64,000 nt of DNA from Felis catus (lineage: Eukaryota). How positions within the stretch are numbered: the first letter of the stretch is position 1; every line of letters starts with the position of its first letter. This document shows positions 25,806 through 37,152 of the stretch, one piece after another. The position numbers and the translations under genes were made by a program. The notes beneath the pieces are model-generated. The model had not been told where the DNA came from. It saw only the letters and a list, made by a program, of their open reading frames with translations, and ran no database searches. Location of the stretch: positions 60,018,001 to 60,082,000 of the forward strand of contig NC_058368.1 of assembly GCF_018350175.1 (NCBI RefSeq), read 5' to 3'.

Positions 25806-26701
25806 TCTTACAGGATCCCCTTAGGATCTCTTGTAGGGCTGTTTTAGTGGTGACAAATTCCTTCAGTTTTTGTTTGTTTTGGAAGACCTTTATCTCTCCT
25901 TCTTTTCTAAATGACAGACTTGCTGGATAAAGGATTCTTGGTTGCATATTTTTTCTGTTCATCACTTTGAAGATTTCCTGCCATTCCTTTCTGGCCTGCC
26001 AAGTTTCAGTAGATAAATCCATCACTAGTCTTATCGGTCTCCCTTTGTATGTTAGAGCATATTTATCCCTAGCTGCTTTCAGAATTTTCTCTTTATCCTT
26101 GTATTTTGCCAGTTTGACTATGATATGTCATGCAGAAGGTGGATTCAAGTTACGTCTGAAGGGAGTTCTCTGTGCCTCTTGGATTTCAATGCCTTTTTCC
26201 TTCCTCAGATCAGGGAAGTTCTCAGCCATGATTTCTTCAAGTACACCTTCAGTAACTTTCCCTCTCTCTTCCTCCTCTGGAATCCCAATTATGTATATGT
26301 CATTACATTTAATTGTGTCACTTAGTTCTCTAATTCTCCCCTCATACTCCTGGATTTTTTAATCTCTCTTTTTCTCAGCTTCCTCTTTTTCCATAATTTT
26401 ATCTTCTAATTTACCTATTCTCTCCTCTGTCTCTTCAATCCAAGCTGTGGTCGCCTCCATTTTATTTTGCAGCTCATTTATAGCATTCTTTTAGCTCCTC
26501 CTGACTGTTTCTTAGTCCCTTGATCTCTGTAGTAATAGATTCTCTCCTGTCCTCTATACTTTTTTCAAGCCCAGTGATTAATTTTATGACTATTATTTTA
26601 AATTAATTTTCTGTTACATTGCTTAAATCGTTTTTGATCAGTTCGTTACCTGTTGCTACTTCCTGGAGTGTCTTTTGAGGAGAGTTCTTCCATTTCGTCA
26701 T
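25806..26701 (-). pseudogene. L1 ORF1, disrupted
   Basis: Starts MTKWKNSPQK; C-terminal part DLSTETWQARKEWQEIFKVMNRKNMQPRILYPASLSF; has internal frameshifts. Confidence 0.9.
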
Positions 26702-27629
26702 TCTGATAGTCCCTGGAGTGGCACGGAACTGCAGGGCTCTTCCTTTGTGCTGTCTGGAGTAACTTGCGTCGGTGGGCAGGGCCGCAGTCAGACCTGATGT
26801 CTGCCCCCAGCCCACTGCTGGGGCCACAGTCAGACTGGTGTGTGCCTTCTCTTGCCCTCTCCTAGGGGCGAGATTCACTGTGGGGTGGTGTGGCCCACCT
26901 GGGCTACTTGTATGCTGCCAGGCTTGTGGTGCTGGGGATCTGGTGTATTAGCTGGGGTGGATTGGCAAGGTGCATGCGGTCGGGAGGGGCAAGCTCAGCT
27001 CGCTTTTCCTTCAGAGATCTGCTTCCAGAGGGGCCTTGTGGCACCGGGAGGGAGTCAGACCCGCTGCTTGAGGGATGGATCCGCAGAAGCACAGCATTGG
27101 GTGTTTGCGCAGTGCAAGCAAGTTCCCTGGCAGGAACCGGTTCCCTTTGGGATTTTGGCTGGGGGATGGGTGAGGGAGATGGCGCTGGCGAGCGCCTTTC
27201 TTCCCTGCCAAGCTGAGCTCTGTCGTCCAGGGCTCAACAACTCTCCCTCCCATTGTCCTCCAGCCCTTACGTTCTCCGAGCAGAGCTGTTAGCTTATAAC
27301 CTTCCAGTTGTCAAGTCCCGCTTGCTGTCGGAATACACTCAATCCAGCCCCTTCGCTTTTGCAAGCCAGACTCGGGGGCTCTGCTTGGCCAGGGCGCCAC
27401 CCCTCTGCCCCGGCTCCCTCCCGCCAGTCCGTGGAGCGTGCACTGCCTCGCTGCCCTTCCTACCCTCTTCTGTGGGCCTCTCGTCTGCGCTTGGCTCCGG
27501 AGACTCCATTCTGCTAGTCTTCTGGCGGTTTTCTGCATTATTTAGGCAGGTGTAGGTGGAATCTAAGTGATCAGCAGGATGCGGTGAGCCCAGAATCCTC
27601 CTACGCCACCATCTTCCCAGGATCTTCCC
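26702..27629 (-). promoter_or_regulatory. L1 5'UTR internal promoter (CpG-rich)
   Basis: The only extended GC/CpG-rich stretch in the window. The YY1-type AAGATGG motif near the 5' end reads AAGATGGTGG, probably from CpG decay. Confidence 0.75.
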
Positions 27630-27888
27630 TGATTTATTAAAGTGGCAGGTATTTTCTGTTGCTTAGTTATACTGGTACTTAAAATAACGATCTACTTCAT
27701 TTTGGATGTTTTATAATAAAATATAAGGTCCTCTCCTGGAAAAGCTCATCTTCTAGCATGGAAAAATGACAGAAAACCATTATTATTATACAGGACTGAC
27801 AAAATCATTGTAAGAGATAGGCATCCGATTTAATGGTACATATGAAATGGACCCTGTTTAAATATGATGCTTAGGAAGTGGAGGATTT

Positions 27889-28122
27889 GGGGGCGCCTGG
27901 GTGGCTCAGTTGGTTAAGTGTCCGGCTTTGGCTCAGGTCATGTTCTGGTGGTCCATGAGTTCGAACCCCGCGTTGGACTCTGTGCTGACAGCTCAGAGCC
28001 TGGCGCCTGCTTTGGATTCTGTGTCTCCCTTTTCTGTCTCTGCACCTCCCACCTCCCTTATACTCTCTCTTTCTCTTTCTCAAAAATAAATAACCATTAA
28101 AAATATTAAAATAAACAAAGAA
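27889..28122 (+). mobile_element. SINEC
   Basis: Full body; diverged TSD AGGAAGTGGAGGATTT / AGAAAGTAGTGGATTT. Confidence 0.95.
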
Positions 28123-29810
28123 AGAAAGTAGTGGATTTTAAGGAAGGACTTGCTGCCTAAGGTATGAACATGAAAAGAACGATAGCATTCTAGGGAAAGG
28201 AACACTATCATCAAGGACAGGGAGTCAATAAATTTTGTTTTTAGTGACAGAAATAGTAATCTAGTAGATCAAAGATTGCCTTTATTTTCTTGACTTGAAT
28301 GTCTTCATAAAATTTTAAATGGTAATTATAATCTTTTTTACAATAAACAAGCCTAGAGTCTTCTACTTCAGCTTAATGAGACATCACCCTCTCTAAACAT
28401 ACCTTCAACCCCAGCATTTTTTTTCTTCTTGTTAAATTATGAAGAACACTCTAATGAATCATTATGTAGAGTATTAGATTAAAAGTATCTGGTATGTTAC
28501 TTACATAAAATATCAATCAAGAAACCTCTACTTGGAATTACATATGTTGCAATCATTTCCTGGCTGTACTCAAAATGCACCAAAAATATATTAAATTATA
28601 TCAAAGTGCTATTTAGAAAATTTTTATTTTAAAAGAATACTTTAAAATTTTTTTTGTATTCTCATTTTTTCATATACTCATTTGGAGGATATTGTTTAGT
28701 AATTTAGGATTTGAGAACAATTTGAAAACTAATACTTTAAAATATAATTAAATAGAGTTGTAAATATGTGTTATGATTCTATGTTTTATTGTATTATAAA
28801 ACGCATAAAAATGTATGCCTATCAAAAAATAACAGTATAGTATCTTAAGTCCTTTTATTTGACCAGGGTTATGATAATAACCCAAAATTTTGTCCTACCA
28901 AAGTTATCCTGTGAGTACAGTTCTCCAAAAAACATACACATTCACAGACTGCGAACATGGGAGCAATATCCTTTATCCCTGGTATGTGAGACTGGGCTGA
29001 GCACAAGGTTTCTTTTGCTTAGGATCAAGGCCAATATTAGCAGTTTACTCTCCCTTTGCTAGTGGCACCAGATCAACATGACACTAACTGCACATTAGTT
29101 ACAAACACACATGTGCCCGATGACATCTCTAAAGGAAATCAAAAGAGGAATTGGAATTTCACTTTCAACTCATGGTTGACCTAATCTCTCCATGGTAAGC
29201 GTTTCTGAAATAAAGATCGCTTCCAAGAAGTACTAGTCATGATCCTTTTTAATAGTGTATCCATTTGGGAACAAGTAAAAGGGACTAACACTTCAATAAG
29301 GACTCCTAAAATGTCACACCTAAACCCCAATTCATATTGATCCAATTAATGCCTTGAATGTTATCTACTGTAGTAGTACTTCTTTGTGTTGGGAGTGACA
29401 TTGGGGTGAGGCTAGGACAGTGAAAATTTGTGGAATCCTCTAAAAGCAGATAATGAATATGCAAAACACTGCCTCATAGATTATGTAATTTAATTTTTAT
29501 TTTACTATATCTGCAAGGTAAGGATTATAAATCATATTTTAAAGGTGAGAGACTGAGGCATGGTACCTAAACAGCTTGCTTAAATTTCATAATAAAAGTG
29601 GATTTAGAATAAGTTTTAATCTCAGACTGGGAAAATCAATAATTTTATGAAAATTTTCTAGTTTCAAGTCTTCACTTTGTTTTATATTCTTTCATTACAA
29701 TTATATTGAAACACAAAATGCATACTGAAAAAGTGTTGCATAAATAAAAGCATAAAAGCTCAATGATCTTTCAGGACATGAACCACAGCAATATGAAGTA
29801 GAACCATTTA

Positions 29811-30004
29811 GGGGCTCCTGGGTGGGTCAGTTGGTCAAGCATCTGACTTCAGCTCTGGTCATGATCTCACGGTTTGTTCCACGCATTTGAGCTCCGCGTC
29901 AGGCTCTGTGCTGACAGCTCAGCCTGTATCCTGCTTTGGATTCTGTCTCCCTCTCTCTCTGCCCATCCCCCCTCTCTCAAAAATAAATAAATGTTAAAAA
30001 AAAA
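29811..30004 (+). mobile_element. SINEC
   Basis: Head, CT tract and A tail; diverged TSD containing GTAGAAC. Confidence 0.94.
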
Positions 30005-30188
30005 TGTAGAACTACTTAGACTCAGCCATCCTGGTGTCTTCTTTTATCAACCAAACACCTCTCCCTAGAGGTAACCACTATCTGGATTTATAGAGCCATA
30101 GGTCAGATCACTCTTTTCTTGAACATTATATAGGTGAGAAAGATACAATCTTGATTCATTTATGAGCACTTTTTCTCACGTTATAATT

Positions 30189-30400
30189 TAAAAATTTTTA
30201 CCATTTATTTATGTTTGAGAGACAGAGTGCAAGAGGGGAGGGGCAGAGGGAGAGAGAGAGGGAGATACAGAATCCGAAGCAGGCTTCAGGCTCTGAACTA
30301 TCAGCACAGAGCCTGACGCAGGGACTGAACCCATGAGCAGTGAGATCATGACCTCAGCCGAAGTCGGACTCTTAAACCAATTGAACCACCCGGGCACCCC
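30189..30400 (-). mobile_element. SINEC
   Basis: TSD TCTCACGTTATAATT / TCTCAGGTTATAATT. Confidence 0.95.
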
Positions 30401-30425
30401 TCTCAGGTTATAATTCTAAAATGTA

Positions 30426-30635
30426 GGGGTGCCTGGGTGTCTCAGTCAGTTGGGCATCTGACTTTGGTCCAGGTCATGATGTCATGGTTTGTGAGTTCGA
30501 GCCCGGTTCTGGGCTCTATGCTGACAGCTCAGAGCCTGGAGCCTGCTTCAGATTCTGTGTCTCCCTCTCTCTCTGCCCCTCCCCCACTTGTGCTCTGTCT
30601 CTCTGTCTCTCTCTCTCTCAAAAATAAATAAAATG
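30426..30635 (+). mobile_element. SINEC
   Basis: TSD TAAAATGTAG on both sides. Confidence 0.95.
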
Positions 30636-31009
30636 TAAAATGTAGCCCTGCTGTTGCTTATACCTATACTTTATTAATTTTCGCTCCTGCAGAGTATTCA
30701 ATTACAGAATATAATACAATTAATTTATTCATCTTCTGCTGATTGAAAATTATGTTATTTAAACCTACACAACTATAAATAAAAGAAAATGTTGTGCTTT
30801 CCTTTCATTAAATACATGTATATATTTCTGTTGAGAATATGCCTAGGAGAGGAATACCCATGTCATAACTTTATGTATATGATGTTTTAATAAAGAATTC
30901 TGAACCAATTTACAAAGTGCTTGTAAAAATGTACACTCTCACTACCCCTAGTCATAGTTTACGTACACTTGCAGTAAATTAGAACAGTTGTTCTAAAGTG
31001 TGCGTGTGA

Positions 31010-31240
31010 GGGGTGCCTGGGTGGCTCAGTTGGTTGAATATCTAACTTCAGCTCAGGTCATGATCTCACAGTCCATGAGTTGGAGCCCTGCACTGGGCTC
31101 TGTGCTGACAGCTCAGAGCCTGGAGCCTGCTTCTGATTCTGTGTCTCCCTCTCTCTCTCTCTTTCTGCTGCTTCCCTGCTCATGCTCTGTCTCTCTCTGC
31201 CTCTCAAAAATGAAAAAATGTTAAAAAAGTAAATAAAAAA
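31010..31240 (+). mobile_element. SINEC
   Basis: TSD TAAAGTGTGCGTGTGA / TAAAGTACGTGTGTGA. Confidence 0.95.
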
Positions 31241-31679
31241 TAAAGTACGTGTGTGAATTAATTCATGTGTGTAATTAATTAATACTTTTAAAATTCTGTG
31301 TCCCAGGAATTTACCAACAAATTCAATTCGATTTTTTCAAGAAGTATCAAATAATCTGGACTTTTAATACAAAATTCATCGGATTGTGATGAAGATGATT
31401 TGAGGAACACATGTGCAAAAACACTGAACTAGAAAGTTTTGACATCAGTGTCCTAAATCAGAAGGCTAGAATATGAAATATAGATATTTTAAGATGGGTG
31501 TAATCTCTCAATTTTTCCCAACACTATAAAATTTGGGTTATTACTATGGAGCTATTTTCATAATTTAGTGAGTCTCTTTGGTTAAGAAGAGATTGTACAA
31601 TGGAAAAAAAGAAATTTATGGATTCACCCAGAAATATAGGAATCTAGAACCTCACTGTTATTCTTTCAGAAATGACCCT

Positions 31680-31884
31680 GGGGTGCTTGGGTGGCTCAGT
31701 TGGTTAAGTGGCTGACTCTGGATTTCAGCTCAGGTCATGATTTTATGGTTTGTGAGTTGAGCCCTGCATCGGGCTCTATGCTGACAACGCAGAGACTGCT
31801 TGGGATTCTCTCTCTCCCTCTTTCTCCCTCTCTGCCCCCCTCTCAAAGTAAATAAATCTAAAACAAACAAACAACAACAAAAAC
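31680..31884 (+). mobile_element. SINEC (older subfamily)
   Basis: TSD AAATGACCCTG / AAATAACCCTG; (CAAA)n tail. Confidence 0.93.
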
Positions 31885-32249
31885 AAATAACCCTGCAACT
31901 TGGTGTGTGTCATTGGCTAAATCAAAGAACAGACACCTCAAAGGCTCCTCTCTGATTATGATTTTATCTTAAGTCTTTACTTTCTTCTGCTTTCATCAGT
32001 TTAGTTCCTTTTGCAATTTGTTTAGTGGAGGGCTGTGGCAGAGACATTTAATGGCCATGTGAGGTTTATTTCTTGTTCTAGATAGTTTTCATCAGATTAG
32101 GGCCTTACTATGGCACTGTACCTCACTGCTTGCTCTTTCTTCTATAATGTCCTTGACGAACACATGTTCTGGACCTCCAGAAGCCTGAGGCCCTGTGTAG
32201 GGAAGAGGACGCCACCCACAACGAGCCTGTAGAGTGCATATGGAAGTCA

Positions 32250-32950
32250 TTTCATGTAGTGGTTGTGACAAAAGCAAAAATCTGATATGTGTGGTAGTGA
32301 CTTAGTAATTGGCTTGTGGATGGTGAGAAACTGATATAAGAGGTTGAGTAGAAAATATTTGGTCACCTTGCTGCTAATTACCTTGACATGCTAATCAAAA
32401 TCCCAATGAACTTTTCACTATAGGGGAAGATTGTGGCTAAAAAGTAAGGTTAATAGTTTGTTGGGGTTGTTATCGGATATATTTGGCAAGATGTTACAGG
32501 ACAGCAAAGGGGTCATGAAAGAACTGACTAGTCTGTAAGAAGACATGAAATATATTCGATGGGGCGCCTGGGTGGCTCAGTCGGTTAAGCGTCCGACTTC
32601 AGCCAGGTGACGATCTCACGGTCCGTGAGTTCGAGCCCCGCATCAGGCTCTGGGCTGATGGCTCAGAGCCTGGAGCCTGTCTCCGATTCTGTGTCTCCCT
32701 CTCTCTCTGCCCCTCCCCCATTCATGCTCTGTCTCTCTCTGTCCCAAAAATAAATAAAAACGTTGAAAAAAAAATTAAAAAAAAAAGAAATATATTCGAG
32801 AGTGTGTGCCTTGTAGAGTTACAAATGCTAATTGCATTTAGCAAAAGACAAAATTGAGAAAGCCTTTAAGGGACAAATATTGATTTAATCTGAAAGGCCT
32901 GTGTAATACAGTAACAGTTTACATCACAAATGAAAACGCTTTATTAAAAA
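32250..32950 (+). mobile_element. MaLR (MLT1) internal-region remnant, interrupted by a SINE
   Basis: Resembles MLT1-int (AATGAACTTTTCACTATAGGGGAAGA..ATTTGGCAAGATGTTACAGGA..AAAGAACTGACTAGTCTGTAAG). Confidence 0.55.
32561..32786 (+). mobile_element. SINEC, young Fc1-like
   Basis: Perfect TSD GAAATATATTCGA; near-consensus body. Confidence 0.97.
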
Positions 32951-33202
32951 TAGGTATCATCAATGCTTTGATAAAATATCTGACATTGACTAAGGTATTT
33001 CAAAGCCACCACTGAGTCAAACACTGAGGGCAGGTATTAAGATCATCACATTTCATATTCCTATTAGCACTCACATTTTCAATTTTCAGTTGTACAGTTA
33101 GCCACGTCCTTTTGAACTTCTTCAAAAATGTTGCAAATTTTAGAGATAAAACTTTTACAAGCACATGTCTCATACCTACATTGACATTCCGTCATTAACG
33201 CT

Positions 33203-33610
33203 TGGTAGCAGACTGAGATGTCCCTGAAGATTCCCCTCCTCCTGGTGTCTATGTCCTGCCTATTCCTCAGAGCTGTGAAGATGATGAATTTCACTCCATG
33301 ATTAGGTTATGTTATAGGGCACAGTTGGTCTGAAGATAGGAAGATTATCCATGCGGGCCTCATCAAATCACATAAGTCCTTTAAAAGCAGAGTGTTTTCT
33401 CTGGTTAAAGGAAAAAATGGACATCAGATAGACAAACTCCAGCTGGCCTGGAAGAAAGCAAACATCCTTGCTGTGAACTGCCCATTGAGAGGGGTGCCCT
33501 TTAGAAGTTGAGTGTGATCTCAGCACACAGTAAGTAGGAAAATGGTGCCTTCAGTCCCACAATGGCAAAGAAATTTGCCCATAATCTGGATGAAATTGGA
33601 GGAATTATTT
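33203..33610 (+). mobile_element. MLT1 (E-like) LTR, 3'-truncated
   Basis: AAGATTCCCCTCCTCCTGGTGT..ATGATTAGGTTATGTTATAGGGCA..CCTTTAAAAGCAGAG..CTGGCCTGGAAGAAAGCAAAC. Confidence 0.8.
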
Positions 33611-34107
33611 TTTAATAGCATTTATAACACTAAACTAAAATAGAATTGAACTGAAGTGTCAAATTTATCCGTCAGAATATCCATATATTATATGTGACAT
33701 TCAAGCTTGACTTAAATAAATGTCAAATATGAAGAGCACATTAATGGGTGCTATCTGATAACTTCTAATCCAAGTGAAATTCTCCCAGCCTTCATAGACC
33801 CTAGATATATTTGTGGCATCCCAAAGTTTCTCTCAAAGATGGATAATCTACCATACTGTATAGTAGAAAAAAATCTGGGGTGGAGACCACTATCGGGACA
33901 TGCATTATTTTGAAAAACAGGAAAAAAAAACAATATTACTTTAGAAGTAGATTGCAGATTAAAGACTCATAAATGGTTTTACATATATCTTAACACATAC
34001 ATATACTTCTCGGAATATACATATTTTTGTATACACACACACATACACACACACGAAGTTGCATTAAAGAGATTTCTGTAATAGTACAACTGAATAAAGA
34101 AATGTTA

Positions 34108-34300
34108 GGGGCACTGGAATGTCTGACTTCAGCTCAGGTCATGATCTCAGGCCCTGTGAGGTGGAGCCCCACATGGGACTCTGTGCTGAAAGTTCAGAGC
34201 CTGGAGCCTGCTTGGGATTCTGTGCCTCTGTCTCTCTCTGCCCCTCCCCTACTTGCACTCTCTTTCTCTCAAAAATAAATAAACATTTTAAAAAGTAAAA
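34108..34300 (+). mobile_element. SINEC with a deletion in the A-box region
   Basis: GGGGCACTGG joins directly to AATGTCTGACTTCAGCTCAGG; the rest of the body is normal. Confidence 0.92.
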
Positions 34301-34650
34301 AAGAAACATCACAAAAAATTGAATAATGCCGTTGCATTATTCCATAAATCAAGATGCTACATCAATGCATGAACATATTTATGAGATTGTGTATATTTTC
34401 AGCTGTATAGACACTACAAAAGTATTGAATTAATAGCTTATTTTTGAATAAAAGCTTTGCCAGTAATTAAGGACAAAGAAACGCACTATTTTAATGATTT
34501 ATGTATTGGTAAAACAGTCCCTAATTTTTATTTTATTTGAAATTAGAATAATAAAGCGGTGGATGAGTCTTTTAAAGTACTGTTAATAGTATAGTTTCTA
34601 GGTGCACAAAAATGAAACACTCGATAATCATTTTTAGAGGCTATGCATCT

Positions 34651-34867
34651 AATTTTTTTAATTTTTTAATGTTTATTTATTTTTTGAAAGAGAGACAGAC
34701 TATGAGCGGGGGAGGGGCAGAGACAGAGAGGGAAACAGGATCTGAAGTAGGCTCCAGGCTCTGAGTTGTCAGCACAGAGCCCAACACAGGGCTCAAACTC
34801 AGGAACTGTGAGTTCATGACCTGAGCCGAAGTTAGACGTTTAACTGACTGAGTCACCCAGGTGCCCC
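34651..34867 (-). mobile_element. SINEC
   Basis: Complete antisense SINE body. Confidence 0.95.
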
Positions 34868-35458
34868 ACCCTCCCAATTTTTTTTTAAGACAGAAGATAA
34901 AATAAATTACAGTGCTAATTCTGGCTATTGTTTATATGCCTGATATAGAAGACACTTTAGTAGGTGAATTTCTCTTAAATAAATGTGCACTGAGTTGTGT
35001 CAATCTTATTTACATGGCATTCTATCTCTTTAGAAACAGGAGTATAAATGTGTATCTCAGGCACTTGGCGGCTTTCATGCAAACCTGAGTTGTATATAAG
35101 AGGAGTTGGTCATATCCACTTCTGATCTGAAAAAAAAAAAAACTGGGAAGAAGAGCAAGAACATCTCCTATGAGAATGAATCCAACATTTACTTAACAGT
35201 TTTTTGTTAACAACTATAGTCAAGAGTAGTTGTTTTGTGTGTGTAGACATGTGTGTGTATGTATATATGCAAATGTACCTGGTGTGAATTAACTGTAATG
35301 TTTTGCACAAATTTAGCCAGAACTCATTATCAAAATAAAAAGTCATTTCTGCAGGGCAGCATCTAAGTTCCCGGGAAGACTGTATGCTCACATTTTGTTA
35401 TTGGCACTGGGATATGCTGACATTGACTTATCTGTGCATTGTTCTGCCAAAGATAGAT

Positions 35459-35477
35459 ATGCCTCCAGGTGGCACCT
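35459..35477 (+). promoter_or_regulatory. Candidate CTCF-binding motif
   Basis: ATGCCTCCAGGTGGCACCT matches the CTCF core CC(A/T)CCAG(G/A)(G/T)GGC(A/G)C; motif evidence only. Confidence 0.4.
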
Positions 35478-35649
35478 GCTGAGGTGTCTGGATACTCAAT
35501 GTTCTCTGTTCTTTGATCCATGCATACTGTACCCTTCATATCTAAATCCCTAGGATATATGATCATCTGACTCTCAGACATGCTGACACTTCTCTCTAGG
35601 TAGCAAAACTAATGAATGCATTCATGAATAAATGAAACTGATGCATGCA

Positions 35650-36092
35650 TTTATTAATTTCTCCATCCCTTCAATATCTTCTTGGACATGATACTTGCTT
35701 TTGCCAATGGGGCATTTATAAATGTGGTCCAGGCTGATGCTTGAGAAATATATTCACATGAGAACTTGTCTTTTTTGTTTTTCTTTGGAAATCTCCAGAC
35801 ATGCCATGTGAATTAGTACAGCTTAAGAAAGCCTGCTTAAGAAAGACACATGACCATAGCCCTAACATTGCAAATTGGCAAATTGGCCATCTTGAGAATA
35901 AGATCCCCAAGGCTAACCAGCCATGCAACCACTAAACACGAAAGGAATCCTATACCATGCAGTGCCACTGGAGACTTTAGAGACCAGAATAAGTCCCTAT
36001 CAACCTAGAAAAACATAGAACTAAAAAAGGTTTGTGGTTTTCAACTAGCATATTTGGAGTGGCTTGTTACAAAGCAAAAACTAATAATTGCA
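35650..36092 (+). mobile_element. Old MLT1 (H-like) LTR
   Basis: ACTTGCTTTTGCCAATGGG..GCCATGTGAA..TGTGGTTTTCAACTAGCATATTTGGAGTGGCTTGTTACAAAGCAA. Confidence 0.7.
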
Positions 36093-36519
36093 TTTGTCGT
36101 GCAATTCAAAGCATCTTCATCCTGATTCTTTCAGATCACTTATTTTCATGCAAACAGTGATGGCTTTAAATTTTAAAGGCCTGTAATTTAACAGTTTATT
36201 TTCTGTTAACCAAAATAAGCACTGCTTCTGCACTTATGCCCAAATGGAGCAATTTCCAAATTTAGAAAGAAGTATGAGTAACAAGGACATGCAGGTATAT
36301 TACAGTGTTGTCTAAAACAGTTTGTAATCAACAACAACAAACACATAAACAAAAAAAAAATCCTCTCCTTAATGCATAAAGTACATATACGACTGAGAAT
36401 AATGTAAAGTGAAAAATGTGAGATGGTGTCAAAAGTAGAAGTAAATTACTATTCAAAGTTAGGTTAAAAAGAAATTATTTCTTTATTCACGTTTCCCCAA
36501 ATAGCACCATATACATGGA

Positions 36520-36735
36520 AAATGTTGAGCTGGATTTTCCCATCACAGTTTGCTAAATATTAGATGTTCGACCTTAGTTCACTTACCTAAGCCTCAATTT
36601 CCTCACTTGTAAACTTTAGCTATATATACAGATATTTGATCTACTTCCTTTCATTTTTATAAGGATTAAAGGAAATATGTAAAACAGCACAAAGCACATT
36701 TGTGACAAATCTAATAAAATTATTAAAATATATTA
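36520..36735 (+). mobile_element. MIR remnant
   Basis: Core CACTTACCTAAGCCTCAATTTCCTCACTTGTAAA..AGGATTAAA. Confidence 0.65.
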
Positions 36736-36928
36736 ATGTGCACTATATCTTTTTCTGATAAATCTAAAATTTGAAAATGTTTAAATCTTAATAATCAAAT
36801 TAATATGATAAGAATTTAATTATCTTCACAATATCCAACATAAAATTTAAAAGAGTAGCCTATGGATGTGTGCTAAGGTTTATACTACTTGACTGAAGAA
36901 TAAGAGAGATGATACCTATAGCTTTTAA

Positions 36929-37152
36929 TTTTTTTAATGTTTATTTATTTTTGAGAGAGAGAGAGACAGAGTGTGAGCAGGGAAGGGACAGAGAGAGCAG
37001 GAGACACAGAATCTGAAGCAGGCTCCAAGCTCTGAGCTGTCAGCACAGAGCTTGATGCAGGGCTCGAACCCAAGGACTGCAAGATCATGACCATGAGATC
37101 ATGACCTAAGCCGAAGTTGGATGCTTACCTGACTGAGCCACCCAGGAGCCCC
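36929..37152 (-). mobile_element. SINEC
   Basis: TSD TATAGCTTTTAA / TATCGCTTTTAA; internal duplication of AGATCATGACC. Confidence 0.95.

Larger units (their letters stand above)
21716..27629 (-). mobile_element. Full-length, mutated felid LINE-1 (L1_Fc-like)
   Basis: GC/CpG-rich 5'UTR starting GGGAAGATGGTGGCGTAGGAGG, ORF1 and ORF2 remnants in the correct order, and a 3'UTR ending GACAATAAATTTCATG followed by an A-rich tail. Confidence 0.97.
29680..30950 (-). mobile_element. Ancient L1ME-like 3' remnant hosting three SINEs
   Basis: Old-L1 antisense motifs (CCCTAGAGGTAACCACTAT; TTTATTCATCTTCTGCTGATTGA; TTTCTGTTGAGAATATGCCTAGGAG) continue across the SINEs. Confidence 0.65.

Noticed and set aside
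21877..26362. Long ORFs (229, 168, 131, 126 aa) as host genes or as an active L1
   Set aside because: They are L1 ORF1/ORF2 fragments or their antisense frames. Multiple frameshifts (for example the T run at about 24174-24190 and the duplication at 25442-25483) make the element non-autonomous.
26840..27555. Overlapping ORFs in the L1 5'UTR as an ORF0 analogue
   Set aside because: GC-rich sequence has few stop codons; those I checked start at GTG/TTG rather than ATG, and ORF0 is described for primate L1.
31290..31430. Possible MER5-like DNA transposon remnant
   Set aside because: Only the 3' end faintly resembles it; too decayed to call without a search.
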